Shown: positions 26,841 through 35,165 of the stretch, in pieces
How positions within the stretch are numbered: the first letter of the stretch is position 1
Layout of the letters: the number at the start of each line of letters is the position of its first letter
DNA from: Candidatus Zambryskibacteria bacterium RIFCSPLOWO2_12_FULL_39_16
Lineage (GTDB): Bacteria > Patescibacteriota > Minisyncoccia > Phycocordibacterales > WO2-35-19
Assembly (NCBI GenBank): GCA_001824215.1
Contig: MHWS01000003.1
Location: 1 to 41,561 of the forward strand
Direction of reading: 5' to 3'
DNA: 41,561 bases
Notes under the pieces: generated by a model
What the model was told of the DNA's origin: nothing
The model's database searches: none
The model's input: the letters and a program-made list of their open reading frames with translations, nothing else
Program-made: the position numbers and the translations under genes

Positions 26841-29462
26841 ATGATAAAAAAAGAAGAAAAAATAGTAGTCAAAGGGGCGAGGACTCACAATCTAAAGAAT
26901 ATTACGGTTGAGATGCCCCGAAACAAAATGATTGTTTTTACAGGACTTTCCGGCTCGGGCAAGTCTTCTTTGGCGTTTGACACTATTTTTGCCGAAGGCC
27001 AAAGGCGATATGTTGAGTCGCTTTCATCCTATGCTCGCCAGTTTCTCAGGCAAATGCAAAAGCCCGATGTTGATGAAATCACGGGGCTTTCGCCTGCTAT
27101 TTCTATAGACCAAAAATCCCGTTCCAACAACCCTCGCTCAACGGTTGCCACCATAACCGAAATTTATGACTACCTCCGCATTTTGTACGCTCGAGTGGGG
27201 CATCCCCACTGTCTGGTATGCGGCGACGAAATCAAAAAACTTTCAAACGAAGAAATAAAAAATTTTGTTTTGGAAAGGATTTCCAAAATAAAAATAAATA
27301 GTGGAAAAAATTCCCAAAAAATACCATTACCAATTTACGTGGAAATTTTTGCTCCGGTGGTGCGTGGCAGAAAAGGGGAGTATTACCAACTGCTTTACGA
27401 TTTGCTAGGCAAGGGGTATTCGCATGTACTGATAGACGGTAAAAAGAAAGCTTTGCGTGAACAAATCATATTGTCAAAAAATAAAAGACACAACATTGAT
27501 ATCTTGGTTGATAGCATCAGCATGCTTGATTTCAGTAATGATACCAAAAGCGCCGAAGAAAGATTGTCGGAAGATTTAGAAAAAGCTTTAGCTGAGTCGG
27601 ATGGTTTGGTAAAAATTATTTTTAATGATACCGCGAACCCGCCTTCGCGAAGCTTCGGCGAGGCAAGGGAATTTTTTATGTCCAGCAAACTATCTTGTCC
27701 CAAAGATGGATATTCATATCCGGAAGTGGAACCACGGCTTTTTTCTTTTAACTCGCCATATGGGGCTTGCCCGGAATGCAACGGTTTGGGTACTAGGCAT
27801 TTTTTTGGCGATGAAGTTTGTCCCGTGTGTTTAGGCAAGAGGCTGCGTCCAGAAGCTCTTCATGTATTTATTGGGAAAAAGAATATTGTTGAATTGACGG
27901 CGATGTCTATAAAAAACTCCTACGATTTTTTTGCTGAACTTAAGCTTACCGAAAGAGAAAAAAATATTTCAAAAGTGATAATGAAAGAAATAGAATCGAG
28001 GCTAGAGTTTATGATAGACGTAGGCATCGAATATTTGTCGCTTGACCGTAGGGCGCATACGCTCTCCGGTGGCGAGGCTCAGCGTATCCGCCTTGCAAGC
28101 CAGCTTGGCTCAGGACTGGTCGGTGCTTTGTATGTTTTGGATGAGCCGACCATTGGGCTTCATTCTCGCGACAATGACCGCTTGGTAAAAACACTTCTTT
28201 CCCTTAGAGATCTTGGCAATACTATAATTGTAGTGGAGCATGATGAAGATACTATTTTTTCGTCCGATTATATTGTTGATATCGGTCCTAGAGCTGGGAT
28301 TCATGGAGGTGAAGTGATAGTTTCCGGATATTTGGATGATTTACTGACGGCAAAGCAGAATAAATCCGGATCTGTAACCTTGGATTATCTGCGCGGAGAC
28401 AAAGTTGTTCCGATTCCGGAAAAAAGAAGGGAAAGTTCAAAAGGTGAACTTCAAATAAGCGGAGGCAAAATTTTTAATATCAAAAATATGAATGTAAGTA
28501 TTCCGCTTGGAAAATTTGTAGCGGTAACGGGTGTTTCCGGCTCAGGTAAATCTTCTTTTGTCTATGAAATTTTACATAAAAATCTGCAAGCCCGCTTTGA
28601 ACGCAAATACCGTTCGGCGCAAGTTTTTAACTGCACATCTTTTATTGGCACCGAATATCTGGGTCGCTCTATTTTAATAGACCAGTCTCCGATCGGTCGC
28701 ACTCCGCGGTCAAATCCAGCCACTTACACCGGAGCTTGGACATTTATACGTGATTTGTTTGCCGAGACTTCCGAGACGCGGGCTCGCGGCTGGAAAGCCA
28801 ACAGGTTTTCTTTCAATGTAAAAGGAGGTAGATGCGAGACTTGCAGTGGTAATGGCGAAATAGAAGTGGAAATGCATTTTTTACCTACGGTTTATGTGCC
28901 TTGCGATGTTTGTAGGGGCAAAAGATTTATGAAAGAAACTTTGGAAGTAAAATACAAGCATAAAAATATTTATGAAGTGCTGACTATGACGGTAGAGGAA
29001 TCTTTGAAATTTTTTGAAGACATACCCGCTATTTACGACAGGCTTAAATCTCTCGATGATGTTGGTTTGGGGTATCTTGAGCTTGGCCAGTCTGCCACTA
29101 CTCTTTCCGGCGGTGAAGCTCAAAGAGTAAAGATTTCCTCCGAGCTTTACAGACCTCATCTGCAAAAGACTATTTATCTTCTTGACGAGCCTACCATCGG
29201 CTTGCATTACGAGGACGTCAAAAAATTGATTGAGATTTTGCAAAAATTGGTAAATAAAGGCAACACGGTTGTAGTCATAGAGCACAATATGGATATTATA
29301 AAATCCTGCGATTATGTTTTGGATATTGGTCCCGAAGGAGGGGATGCCGGCGGAAATCTAATAGCAAAAGGAACGCCCGAAGAAATAGCCAATAATGAAA
29401 AAAGCTATACCGGAAAATATTTGAAAAAATCATTGAAGCAATACAGGGCACATACAAGATGA
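26841..29462 (+). CDS. uvrA: Excinuclease ABC subunit A
   Basis: [24 protein letters not shown], two LSGGEAQR signatures, DEPTIGLH, Zn fingers. Confidence 0.98.
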   Translation: MIKKEEKIVVKGARTHNLKNITVEMPRNKMIVFTGLSGSGKSSLAFDTIFAEGQRRYVESLSSYARQFLRQMQKPDVDEITGLSPAISIDQKSRSNNPRSTVATITEIYDYLRILYARVGHPHCLVCGDEIKKLSNEEIKNFVLERISKIKINSGKNSQKIPLPIYVEIFAPVVRGRKGEYYQLLYDLLGKGYSHVLIDGKKKALREQIILSKNKRHNIDILVDSISMLDFSNDTKSAEERLSEDLEKALAESDGLVKIIFNDTANPPSRSFGEAREFFMSSKLSCPKDGYSYPEVEPRLFSFNSPYGACPECNGLGTRHFFGDEVCPVCLGKRLRPEALHVFIGKKNIVELTAMSIKNSYDFFAELKLTEREKNISKVIMKEIESRLEFMIDVGIEYLSLDRRAHTLSGGEAQRIRLASQLGSGLVGALYVLDEPTIGLHSRDNDRLVKTLLSLRDLGNTIIVVEHDEDTIFSSDYIVDIGPRAGIHGGEVIVSGYLDDLLTAKQNKSGSVTLDYLRGDKVVPIPEKRRESSKGELQISGGKIFNIKNMNVSIPLGKFVAVTGVSGSGKSSFVYEILHKNLQARFERKYRSAQVFNCTSFIGTEYLGRSILIDQSPIGRTPRSNPATYTGAWTFIRDLFAETSETRARGWKANRFSFNVKGGRCETCSGNGEIEVEMHFLPTVYVPCDVCRGKRFMKETLEVKYKHKNIYEVLTMTVEESLKFFEDIPAIYDRLKSLDDVGLGYLELGQSATTLSGGEAQRVKISSELYRPHLQKTIYLLDEPTIGLHYEDVKKLIEILQKLVNKGNTVVVIEHNMDIIKSCDYVLDIGPEGGDAGGNLIAKGTPEEIANNEKSYTGKYLKKSLKQYRAHTR
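27638..27667. repeat. CCTTCGC..GCTTCGG family element in frame in uvrA
   Basis: CCCGCC-TTC-GC-GAA-GC-TTC-GGCGAGGCAAG, translated as [10 protein letters not shown]. Confidence 0.7.
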
Positions 29463-30856
29463 AAAAAGAAGATATTAAGAAAGTAATATCAAAATTACCT
29501 GATACACCGGGGGTGTATAGATTCTTGCGTAAAAATAAGATTTTATATATAGGCAAAGCGACTTCGCTTAGAGATAGAGTCAGAAGTTATTTTAATGCTG
29601 GTATTGTAACTGTTCGTAGTCCTCTTATTTCCAAGATGCTTTCAAAATTTGACGATATTTCATTCCAGAAGACGGATTCGGTTTTGGAGGCTCTGGTTTT
29701 GGAAGCCAACTTAATCAAAAAATATCAGCCGACCGCCAATATAAAAGAAAAAGACAACCGCAGCTTTAATTATATCGTTATTACTAAAGAAGACTTTCCG
29801 AGAGTGCTTGTGATGAGAGAAAGGGAACTAGAGAAATTATTTGAGCTGTCTTCCCTCGAAAACCCTCGGAAGGAGCGACGGCGACGGACGGAGAAAATTT
29901 TTAGCAAAAAATTTTTGTGGTTTACGAGGGATGCGGTGAAAAATAATTTTGCTCAAGATGCCTCAAAGAATTTTTCAATTGCTCAAACATTCGGACCATT
30001 TCCAAACGGAAGCCAACTTAAAGAAGCAGTGAAAATTGTCCGTAAAATGTTCCCATTTAGAGATAAATGTTTGCCATTGCAAGGTAGGCCTTGTTTTAAC
30101 CGTCAAATCGGGCTTTGCCCGGGTGTTTGCACTGGTGAGATAGACAAAGAAGATTATGCCAAAATCATCAAAAATATAGTTTTATTTTTTGAAGGCAATA
30201 AGAAAAAACTGATAAAAAATTTGGAAAAACAGATGAAAGATTTTGCTAAAACTAGAGAATTTGAAAAAGCTCAAAAAATAAAAAAGACAATTTTTACTTT
30301 AAACCACATTCAAGATATTTCTTTACTAAAGATAGATCCGGTAGTAGATTTTGGCATCGCACTTCGTGCAGGGGCGAAGCCTAATGCCAAAATTCACTAC
30401 CGGATAGAAAGTTATGATATTGCTCATTTTTCCGGTACAAATGTGGCAGGAGTGATGATTGTAATTGAAAATGGAGAAGTTAAAAAATCTGATTACCGCA
30501 AATTTAAAATTAAAAATCACGGAATAAACGATACCAAAGCTCTTTCCGAAATTTTATCCCGTCGGCTGGCGCATTTAGAGTGGCCGAAACCAGACCTTAT
30601 CGTCGTTGACGGGGGAGCGGCTCAAAGACGGGTTATGGAAAAAGTTTTAAAAGAAAATGGAATCGATATTCCGACTGTCTCTGTTGTCAAAGATGTAAGG
30701 CATAGGCCAAAAGAAATTTTGGGTACCGCTTCGCTTAAGCTTCGCGGCACAAGCATGAATTATTCTGAACTTGAATCCTTGATACTCCTTGCCAACGCTG
30801 AGGCTCATAGATTTGCTATCGGTTTTCACAAACAACTTCGCAGAAAGTTGCCATAA
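29459..30856 (+). CDS. uvrC: Excinuclease ABC subunit C (no C-terminal HhH), with in-frame structured inserts
   Basis: LPDTPGVY..LYIGKATSLRDRVRSYF GIY-YIG domain, FGPF, IESYDIAH, PDLIVVDGG, EAHRFAI. Confidence 0.96.
   Translation: MKKEDIKKVISKLPDTPGVYRFLRKNKILYIGKATSLRDRVRSYFNAGIVTVRSPLISKMLSKFDDISFQKTDSVLEALVLEANLIKKYQPTANIKEKDNRSFNYIVITKEDFPRVLVMRERELEKLFELSSLENPRKERRRRTEKIFSKKFLWFTRDAVKNNFAQDASKNFSIAQTFGPFPNGSQLKEAVKIVRKMFPFRDKCLPLQGRPCFNRQIGLCPGVCTGEIDKEDYAKIIKNIVLFFEGNKKKLIKNLEKQMKDFAKTREFEKAQKIKKTIFTLNHIQDISLLKIDPVVDFGIALRAGAKPNAKIHYRIESYDIAHFSGTNVAGVMIVIENGEVKKSDYRKFKIKNHGINDTKALSEILSRRLAHLEWPKPDLIVVDGGAAQRRVMEKVLKENGIDIPTVSVVKDVRHRPKEILGTASLKLRGTSMNYSELESLILLANAEAHRFAIGFHKQLRRKLP
29831..29976. 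repeat. About 146 bp nested hairpin element (AGCA loop) in frame in uvrC
   Basis: Outer IR GAGAAATTATTTGAGCTGTCTT / AAGATGCCTCAAAGAATTTTTC, middle CCCTCGAAAACC / GGTTTACGAGGG, inner AAAATTTTT-AGCA-AAAAATTTT. Confidence 0.8.
30336..30405. repeat. 70 bp Y-shaped palindrome in frame in uvrC
   Basis: 22 bp IR (20/22) ATCCGGTAGTAGATTTTGGCAT / ATGCCAAAATTCACTACCGGAT enclosing GCAC-TTC-GTGC and GGC-GAA-GCC. Confidence 0.9.
30723..30750. repeat. CTTCGC..GCTTCG family element in frame in uvrC
   Basis: CCGC-TTC-GCTTAAGC-TTC-GCGG, translated as ASLKLRG. Confidence 0.7.
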
Positions 30857-30872
30857 ATGCTAAATTTTAAGT

Positions 30873-31775
30873 ATGAAGATTTTGAAAAATATCATAGCCG
30901 TTATCGTATTAGCTGGAGCAATCGGGTATTCCGGATATACTATTTATCAGAATTCTCTTGGTCCTTGCGATAAACCGTTTGAGTATAGTATCGGCAGATT
31001 TGACATCCAATTTGGTGTTTCCAGAGGAGATTTTACATCTTATATCACCGAATCCGGCTCGGTCTGGGAGAAGGTTTTAAACAGAAAAATTTTTATTTAC
31101 AATCCAGATGCCAGTTTCAAAATAAATTTGATATATGATCAAAGACAGCTCTCTACGATCCAAAAACAAAAAACCGAATTTGGCCTCTTGGCGGTAGAGG
31201 ATACTTTCAAAAAACTTGATGTTGATTTTAATTATTTTAAAAGCCAGTATGATCAGAAAATTTCTTTATACAATAAGGCCTTAGTTTTGTATCAAGACAG
31301 GAAATCTGCCTATGACGCGGAAGTGATTTTTTGGAACAATAAGGGTGGTGCACCAAAGGACAAATTCAACTCTTTGGAGGAGGAGAGACAGTATCTGAAT
31401 GCAGAAGTGCAAAGTTTGAATAGAGAAGCTTCTTCCATAAGCGCTATGGGGGATCAATTAAATTCTTTACTAAACGTGCGAAATACCAAAGCTGTTGAAT
31501 ATAATAAAATAGCTGCAGAATACAACAAAAAATTTAATGGTGGCCTTGAATTTGATCAGGCCGAATACACCGGTAAGGAAATAAATGTTTATCAATTTGG
31601 TAACAAAAGAGATTTGGTTCTGGCTCTGACTCATGAACTCGGTCACGCTCTCGATATGAATCATGTGGAAAATCCAAAATCAATAATGTACTACATCACC
31701 GGAATTAATGCAGAAACAGCTCTTACTCCATCAGCTGAAGATTTAGTAGAATTGAATAGGGTATGCAAAATGTGA
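30873..31775 (+). CDS. Matrixin/M10-like metzincin protease with a coiled-coil insert
   Basis: N-terminal TM helix, long coiled coil, HELGHALDMNH and SIMY Met-turn. Confidence 0.88.
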   Translation: MKILKNIIAVIVLAGAIGYSGYTIYQNSLGPCDKPFEYSIGRFDIQFGVSRGDFTSYITESGSVWEKVLNRKIFIYNPDASFKINLIYDQRQLSTIQKQKTEFGLLAVEDTFKKLDVDFNYFKSQYDQKISLYNKALVLYQDRKSAYDAEVIFWNNKGGAPKDKFNSLEEERQYLNAEVQSLNREASSISAMGDQLNSLLNVRNTKAVEYNKIAAEYNKKFNGGLEFDQAEYTGKEINVYQFGNKRDLVLALTHELGHALDMNHVENPKSIMYYITGINAETALTPSAEDLVELNRVCKM

Positions 31776-31792
31776 TAGTATTTTTGAAGTAA

Positions 31793-31864
31793 GCTGGGGT
31801 AGTTCAGTGGCAGAACGCCGTCTTGGTAAGACGGAGGTCGAGAGTCCGATTCTCTCTCCCAGCT
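31793..31864 (+). tRNA. tRNA-Thr(GGT)
   Basis: GCTGGGG/TCCCAGC acceptor stem, CCGTC-TTGGTAA-GACGG anticodon arm, GAGAG-TCCGATT-CTCTC T arm. Confidence 0.93.
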
Positions 31865-31959
31865 CAATTATATTTGGCATTTATTTGTTGGTTTATTAAA
31901 TATAACTGCGGACTATGTTATAAATTTACTTTAGTACGCAGATTGGTTATACTTAAAGC

Positions 31960-32415
31960 ATGTCTAACCCCAAAAAACCAAGAAAAAATTGCCCAGTTTG
32001 CGGAAAAGAACCTTACCGTTCCTACTATAAATATTGTAGTAACGCATGTCAGCAAAAATACCAATCCAGCATTTATGTAGAGAAATGGAAAAAAGACGAA
32101 TTGAGCGGTCTTCAATCTTCAGGTATTGTTACGACATACGTGAAGAGATATCTTCGTGAAAAATATGGAGACAAATGTTGTTTGTGCGGCTGGTCAAAGA
32201 TAAACACAAAATCGAGCGTTGTCCCACTAGTTGCCGACCATATAGATGGCAATTGGAGAAATAATAAAGAAAGTAATCTGCGTTTGATTTGTCCCAATTG
32301 CGATTCTCTCAACCCTACTTATTCTGGATTGAATAGGGGAAATGGTAGAGGGAATAGAGTTATAAGTAAGAGAGCGAAAGAGGGTCGTTTATTTGTTACA
32401 AAAAAGCCAAAGTAG
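31960..32415 (+). CDS. HNH endonuclease with an N-terminal Zn finger
   Basis: CPVC..YCSNAC, CCLC, ADHIDGNWRNNKESNLRLICPNC. Confidence 0.9.
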   Translation: MSNPKKPRKNCPVCGKEPYRSYYKYCSNACQQKYQSSIYVEKWKKDELSGLQSSGIVTTYVKRYLREKYGDKCCLCGWSKINTKSSVVPLVADHIDGNWRNNKESNLRLICPNCDSLNPTYSGLNRGNGRGNRVISKRAKEGRLFVTKKPK

Positions 32416-32479
32416 TTCAGTGGCAGAACACTGCTTTCGTAAAGCAGGAACGTGAGTCCGATTCTCACCTTTGGCTCCA
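32406..32479 (+). tRNA. tRNA-Thr(CGT) with encoded CCA
   Basis: GCCAAAG/CTTTGGC acceptor stem, CTGCT-TTCGTAA-AGCAG anticodon arm, GTGAG-TCCGATT-CTCAC T arm, TCCA end. Confidence 0.93.
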
Positions 32480-32485
32480 AAATTT

Positions 32486-33397
32486 ATGGACAAGCAAAAA
32501 ACAGAGCAAAAAATAAAGGAATTGGAAGAGGCGATGATAGAGCCTGATTTTTGGAATAATAAAGATAGAGCCCAGGCTACCATAAAAGAAATCCAAAAAT
32601 TAAAAGATAATTTAGAGGGGGTAGGGCAGTATGACAAAGGAGATGCCGTAATGACTATTTTTTCTGGCGCCGGAGGAGACGATGCCGAAGATTTTTCGGC
32701 CATGCTTTTGCGCATGTATTTTAAATATTTTGAAAAGAAAAAATGGAGCTATTCCGTTTTACATGAAAATAAAAACGACCACGGTGGATACAGGAACATA
32801 ACTGTAGAGATTACCAACCCAACCTTCGCCAAGGCTACGGCGGGTTTCGGTCCTTATGGGACCTTAAAAAATGAATCGGGAGTGCATCGATTGGTCAGGA
32901 TTTCTCCTTTTAATGCAAATCAAAAAAGACACACAAGTTTTTCAATGGTGGAAGTTATTCCTAAGTTTGAGAAACAAAATGAAAACGATATAGAGTTGAA
33001 AGATGATGATTTGAAAGTAGAACTTTCGCGCTCTTCTGGCCCTGGCGGACAAAATGTAAATAAAAGAGAGACAGCGGTTCGTATCGTCCATATTCCAACA
33101 AATCTTTCAGCTCAAGCAGATGGCGAAAGAAGCCAGGCCCAGAATAAAGAAAAAGCCTTGGCCATTTTGAAAGGCAAAATATACAAAGCTTTGGAAGAAA
33201 AAAGAATATCAAAAGAAAAGGGCATGTATATAAGCAAAACCACTGAAATTGAATGGGGTAACCAGATTCGCTCTTATGTCTTGCACCCGTATAAAATGGT
33301 CAAAGACCGCCGTACCGGGGTAGAAACCAGTAATGTGGAAGCTGTATTGGAACAAGGTGAATTAGATGAGTTTATAGAAGCGGAGAAAAGTTTGTAA
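32486..33397 (+). CDS. prfB: Peptide chain release factor 2, shortened domain I
   Basis: PDFW, ESGVHRLVRISPF (SPF), SSGPGGQNVNK (GGQ), WGNQIRSYVLHPY. Confidence 0.95.
   Translation: MDKQKTEQKIKELEEAMIEPDFWNNKDRAQATIKEIQKLKDNLEGVGQYDKGDAVMTIFSGAGGDDAEDFSAMLLRMYFKYFEKKKWSYSVLHENKNDHGGYRNITVEITNPTFAKATAGFGPYGTLKNESGVHRLVRISPFNANQKRHTSFSMVEVIPKFEKQNENDIELKDDDLKVELSRSSGPGGQNVNKRETAVRIVHIPTNLSAQADGERSQAQNKEKALAILKGKIYKALEEKRISKEKGMYISKTTEIEWGNQIRSYVLHPYKMVKDRRTGVETSNVEAVLEQGELDEFIEAEKSL
32816..32846. repeat. CCTTCGCC..GGCTACGG family element in frame in prfB
   Basis: AACCCAACC-TTC-GCC-AA-GGC-TAC-GGCGGGTT, translated as NPTFAKATAG. Confidence 0.7.
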
Positions 33398-33425
33398 AAA
33401 AAATTAATGAGGTTATAATGAGAAG

Positions 33426-34106
33426 GTGATAGTTTTTGATAATGTCTCAAAAAAATATAACGATAATTATGTCGCTTTGGATAAGGTTTCTTTTGTTGTG
33501 AATCCTAATGAATTTGTCTCTATTGTGGGGCCAAGTGGCGCTGGTAAAACCACTCTTTTGCGGATGCTTTTGGCTGAAGAGAAGCCAACTGAAGGTAAGG
33601 TGTTTTTGCACGATACTGATATAAATACTCTTTCTGGTGAAGATATAAATTTCGTTAGAAGGAAAATAGGAGCTGTTTTTCAGGATTTTAGGCTTCTGCC
33701 GCAGAAAAATGTCTATGAAAATATAGCCTTTGCCATGGAAGCTGCCGGCCGGCCGGACGAGGAGATAGAATCCGATGTGCCCCATGTCCTTGAATTGGTA
33801 GATTTGGCTTCAAAAATATGGAATTTTCCAAGCACACTTTCTGGCGGTGAAAAGCAAAGAGTGGCTATCGCTAGAGCGATCGTCAATCAACCTGATATAA
33901 TTATCGCAGATGAGCCGACTGGTAATCTTGACCCAATCAATACTTACGATATTGTCCAAATTTTAAAAAAAATAAATGATCTTGGAACAACCGTGATCCT
34001 TACCACTCACAATAAAGGGGTGATAGATTCAATAGGTAGACGGGTTATTACCATGCAGGAAGGCAAAGTGGTAAGAGATGATCCTGCGGGCAAGTATATT
34101 TTATAA
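33426..34106 (+). CDS. ftsE: Cell division ATP-binding protein FtsE
   Basis: GPSGAGKTT, RRKIGAVFQDFRLL, LSGGEKQRVAIARA, ADEPTGNLD. Upstream of ftsX. Confidence 0.95.
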   Translation: MIVFDNVSKKYNDNYVALDKVSFVVNPNEFVSIVGPSGAGKTTLLRMLLAEEKPTEGKVFLHDTDINTLSGEDINFVRRKIGAVFQDFRLLPQKNVYENIAFAMEAAGRPDEEIESDVPHVLELVDLASKIWNFPSTLSGGEKQRVAIARAIVNQPDIIIADEPTGNLDPINTYDIVQILKKINDLGTTVILTTHNKGVIDSIGRRVITMQEGKVVRDDPAGKYIL

Positions 34107-34108
34107 AA

Positions 34109-35047
34109 ATGGAGAAAATAGAATTTAAAACCAAATTTAAAAGAGTATTAAAAGCCGGCCTTTTTAATTTTTGGCGCAGCAGTTATATATCGCTCGCTTC
34201 AATATTGGTGATGGTGGTTACTCTTTCGGTCATTGGCTCAGTTGTTTTCGTCGGGGCGGTGCTCAATACCACTATGAACGAATTGCGCAATAAGATTGAT
34301 ATAAATGTTTATTTTGTAACTTCTGCCCCTGAAGCGGACATATTATCTTTGCAGAAAAAAATAGAAACTTTGCCGGAAGTTTCCAGTGTATCTTATGTAA
34401 GCAGAGACCAAGCACTCCAAAATTTTAGGTTTAAGCATGAGAACGATCAAATAACTATCCAAGCGCTTGATGAATTGTCCGATAACCCACTGGGTGCTGC
34501 CCTCAACATAAAAGCCAAGGAACCTTCTCAGTATGAAGGCATTGCTAATTTCTTAAATGAAGACAACATACTCTCAAGTGGTGGTCAAAAAATAATTGAC
34601 AAGATTAATTATTTTGAAAATCGCGCCGCTATAGACAAGCTTTCTCGCATTATAAACTCCACCGAAAATCTTGGATTTGCTCTTTCTTTAGCTTTGGTGA
34701 TTATTTCTATTATCATTACCTTCAATACCGTCCGTTTGACCATTTATATTTCCAAGGAAGAAATATCGGTGATGCAACTTGTCGGGGCCAGTAAAAATTA
34801 TGTCAGAGGACCTTTTGTGGTTACCGGAATTATTGTCGGACTTGTTGCGGGACTAATCACCATGATTATTTTCTTCCCGGTCTGTTACTGGCTCGGCAAT
34901 ACTACCCAAAATTTTTTCATAGGCTTCAATATTTTTGACTATTACATAAGTAATTTCTTTGAAATCATCTTCATTGTTATCGGCGCCGGTGTTGCCATAG
35001 GGGCGGTCTCTAGTTTTTTGGCTGTTCGCAAGTATTTGAAGTTATGA
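34109..35047 (+). CDS. ftsX: Cell division permease FtsX
   Basis: Four-TM layout, NPL, FNTVRLTI..EEISVMQLVGAS..VRGPF. Confidence 0.95.
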   Translation: MEKIEFKTKFKRVLKAGLFNFWRSSYISLASILVMVVTLSVIGSVVFVGAVLNTTMNELRNKIDINVYFVTSAPEADILSLQKKIETLPEVSSVSYVSRDQALQNFRFKHENDQITIQALDELSDNPLGAALNIKAKEPSQYEGIANFLNEDNILSSGGQKIIDKINYFENRAAIDKLSRIINSTENLGFALSLALVIISIIITFNTVRLTIYISKEEISVMQLVGASKNYVRGPFVVTGIIVGLVAGLITMIIFFPVCYWLGNTTQNFFIGFNIFDYYISNFFEIIFIVIGAGVAIGAVSSFLAVRKYLKL

Positions 35048-35057
35048 TATGTTAGGA

Positions 35058-35165
35058 ATGAATCCCGTTAAAGTTTTACATATATGTAAGGTGGTAATAG
35101 CGTTATTGTGCAGATAATCATATTATTTAGTTTAATTAATCAATCAAAAACTCTAACGGGATGAA
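35058..35165. mobile_element. MITE-like element with CCCGTTA/TAACGGG ends at the pyrG start codon
   Basis: IR ATCCCGTTAAAGTTTT (35062-35077) / AAAACTCTAACGGGAT (35147-35162), 15/16 match. ATGAA direct repeat at both ends. Confidence 0.7.

Noticed and set aside
27279-27346. Weak IR in uvrA (ATTTCCA..TGGAAAT)
   Set aside because: Pairing is short and AT-rich. It could be a decayed insert but cannot be distinguished from chance.
25517-30405. Inteins or group I/II introns as the explanation for the uvr inserts
   Set aside because: The inserts are too short, with no C/S...HN intein ends and no recognisable intron core.
31823-32080. 85 aa ORF
   Set aside because: It starts inside tRNA-Thr(GGT) and overlaps the HNH gene in another frame.
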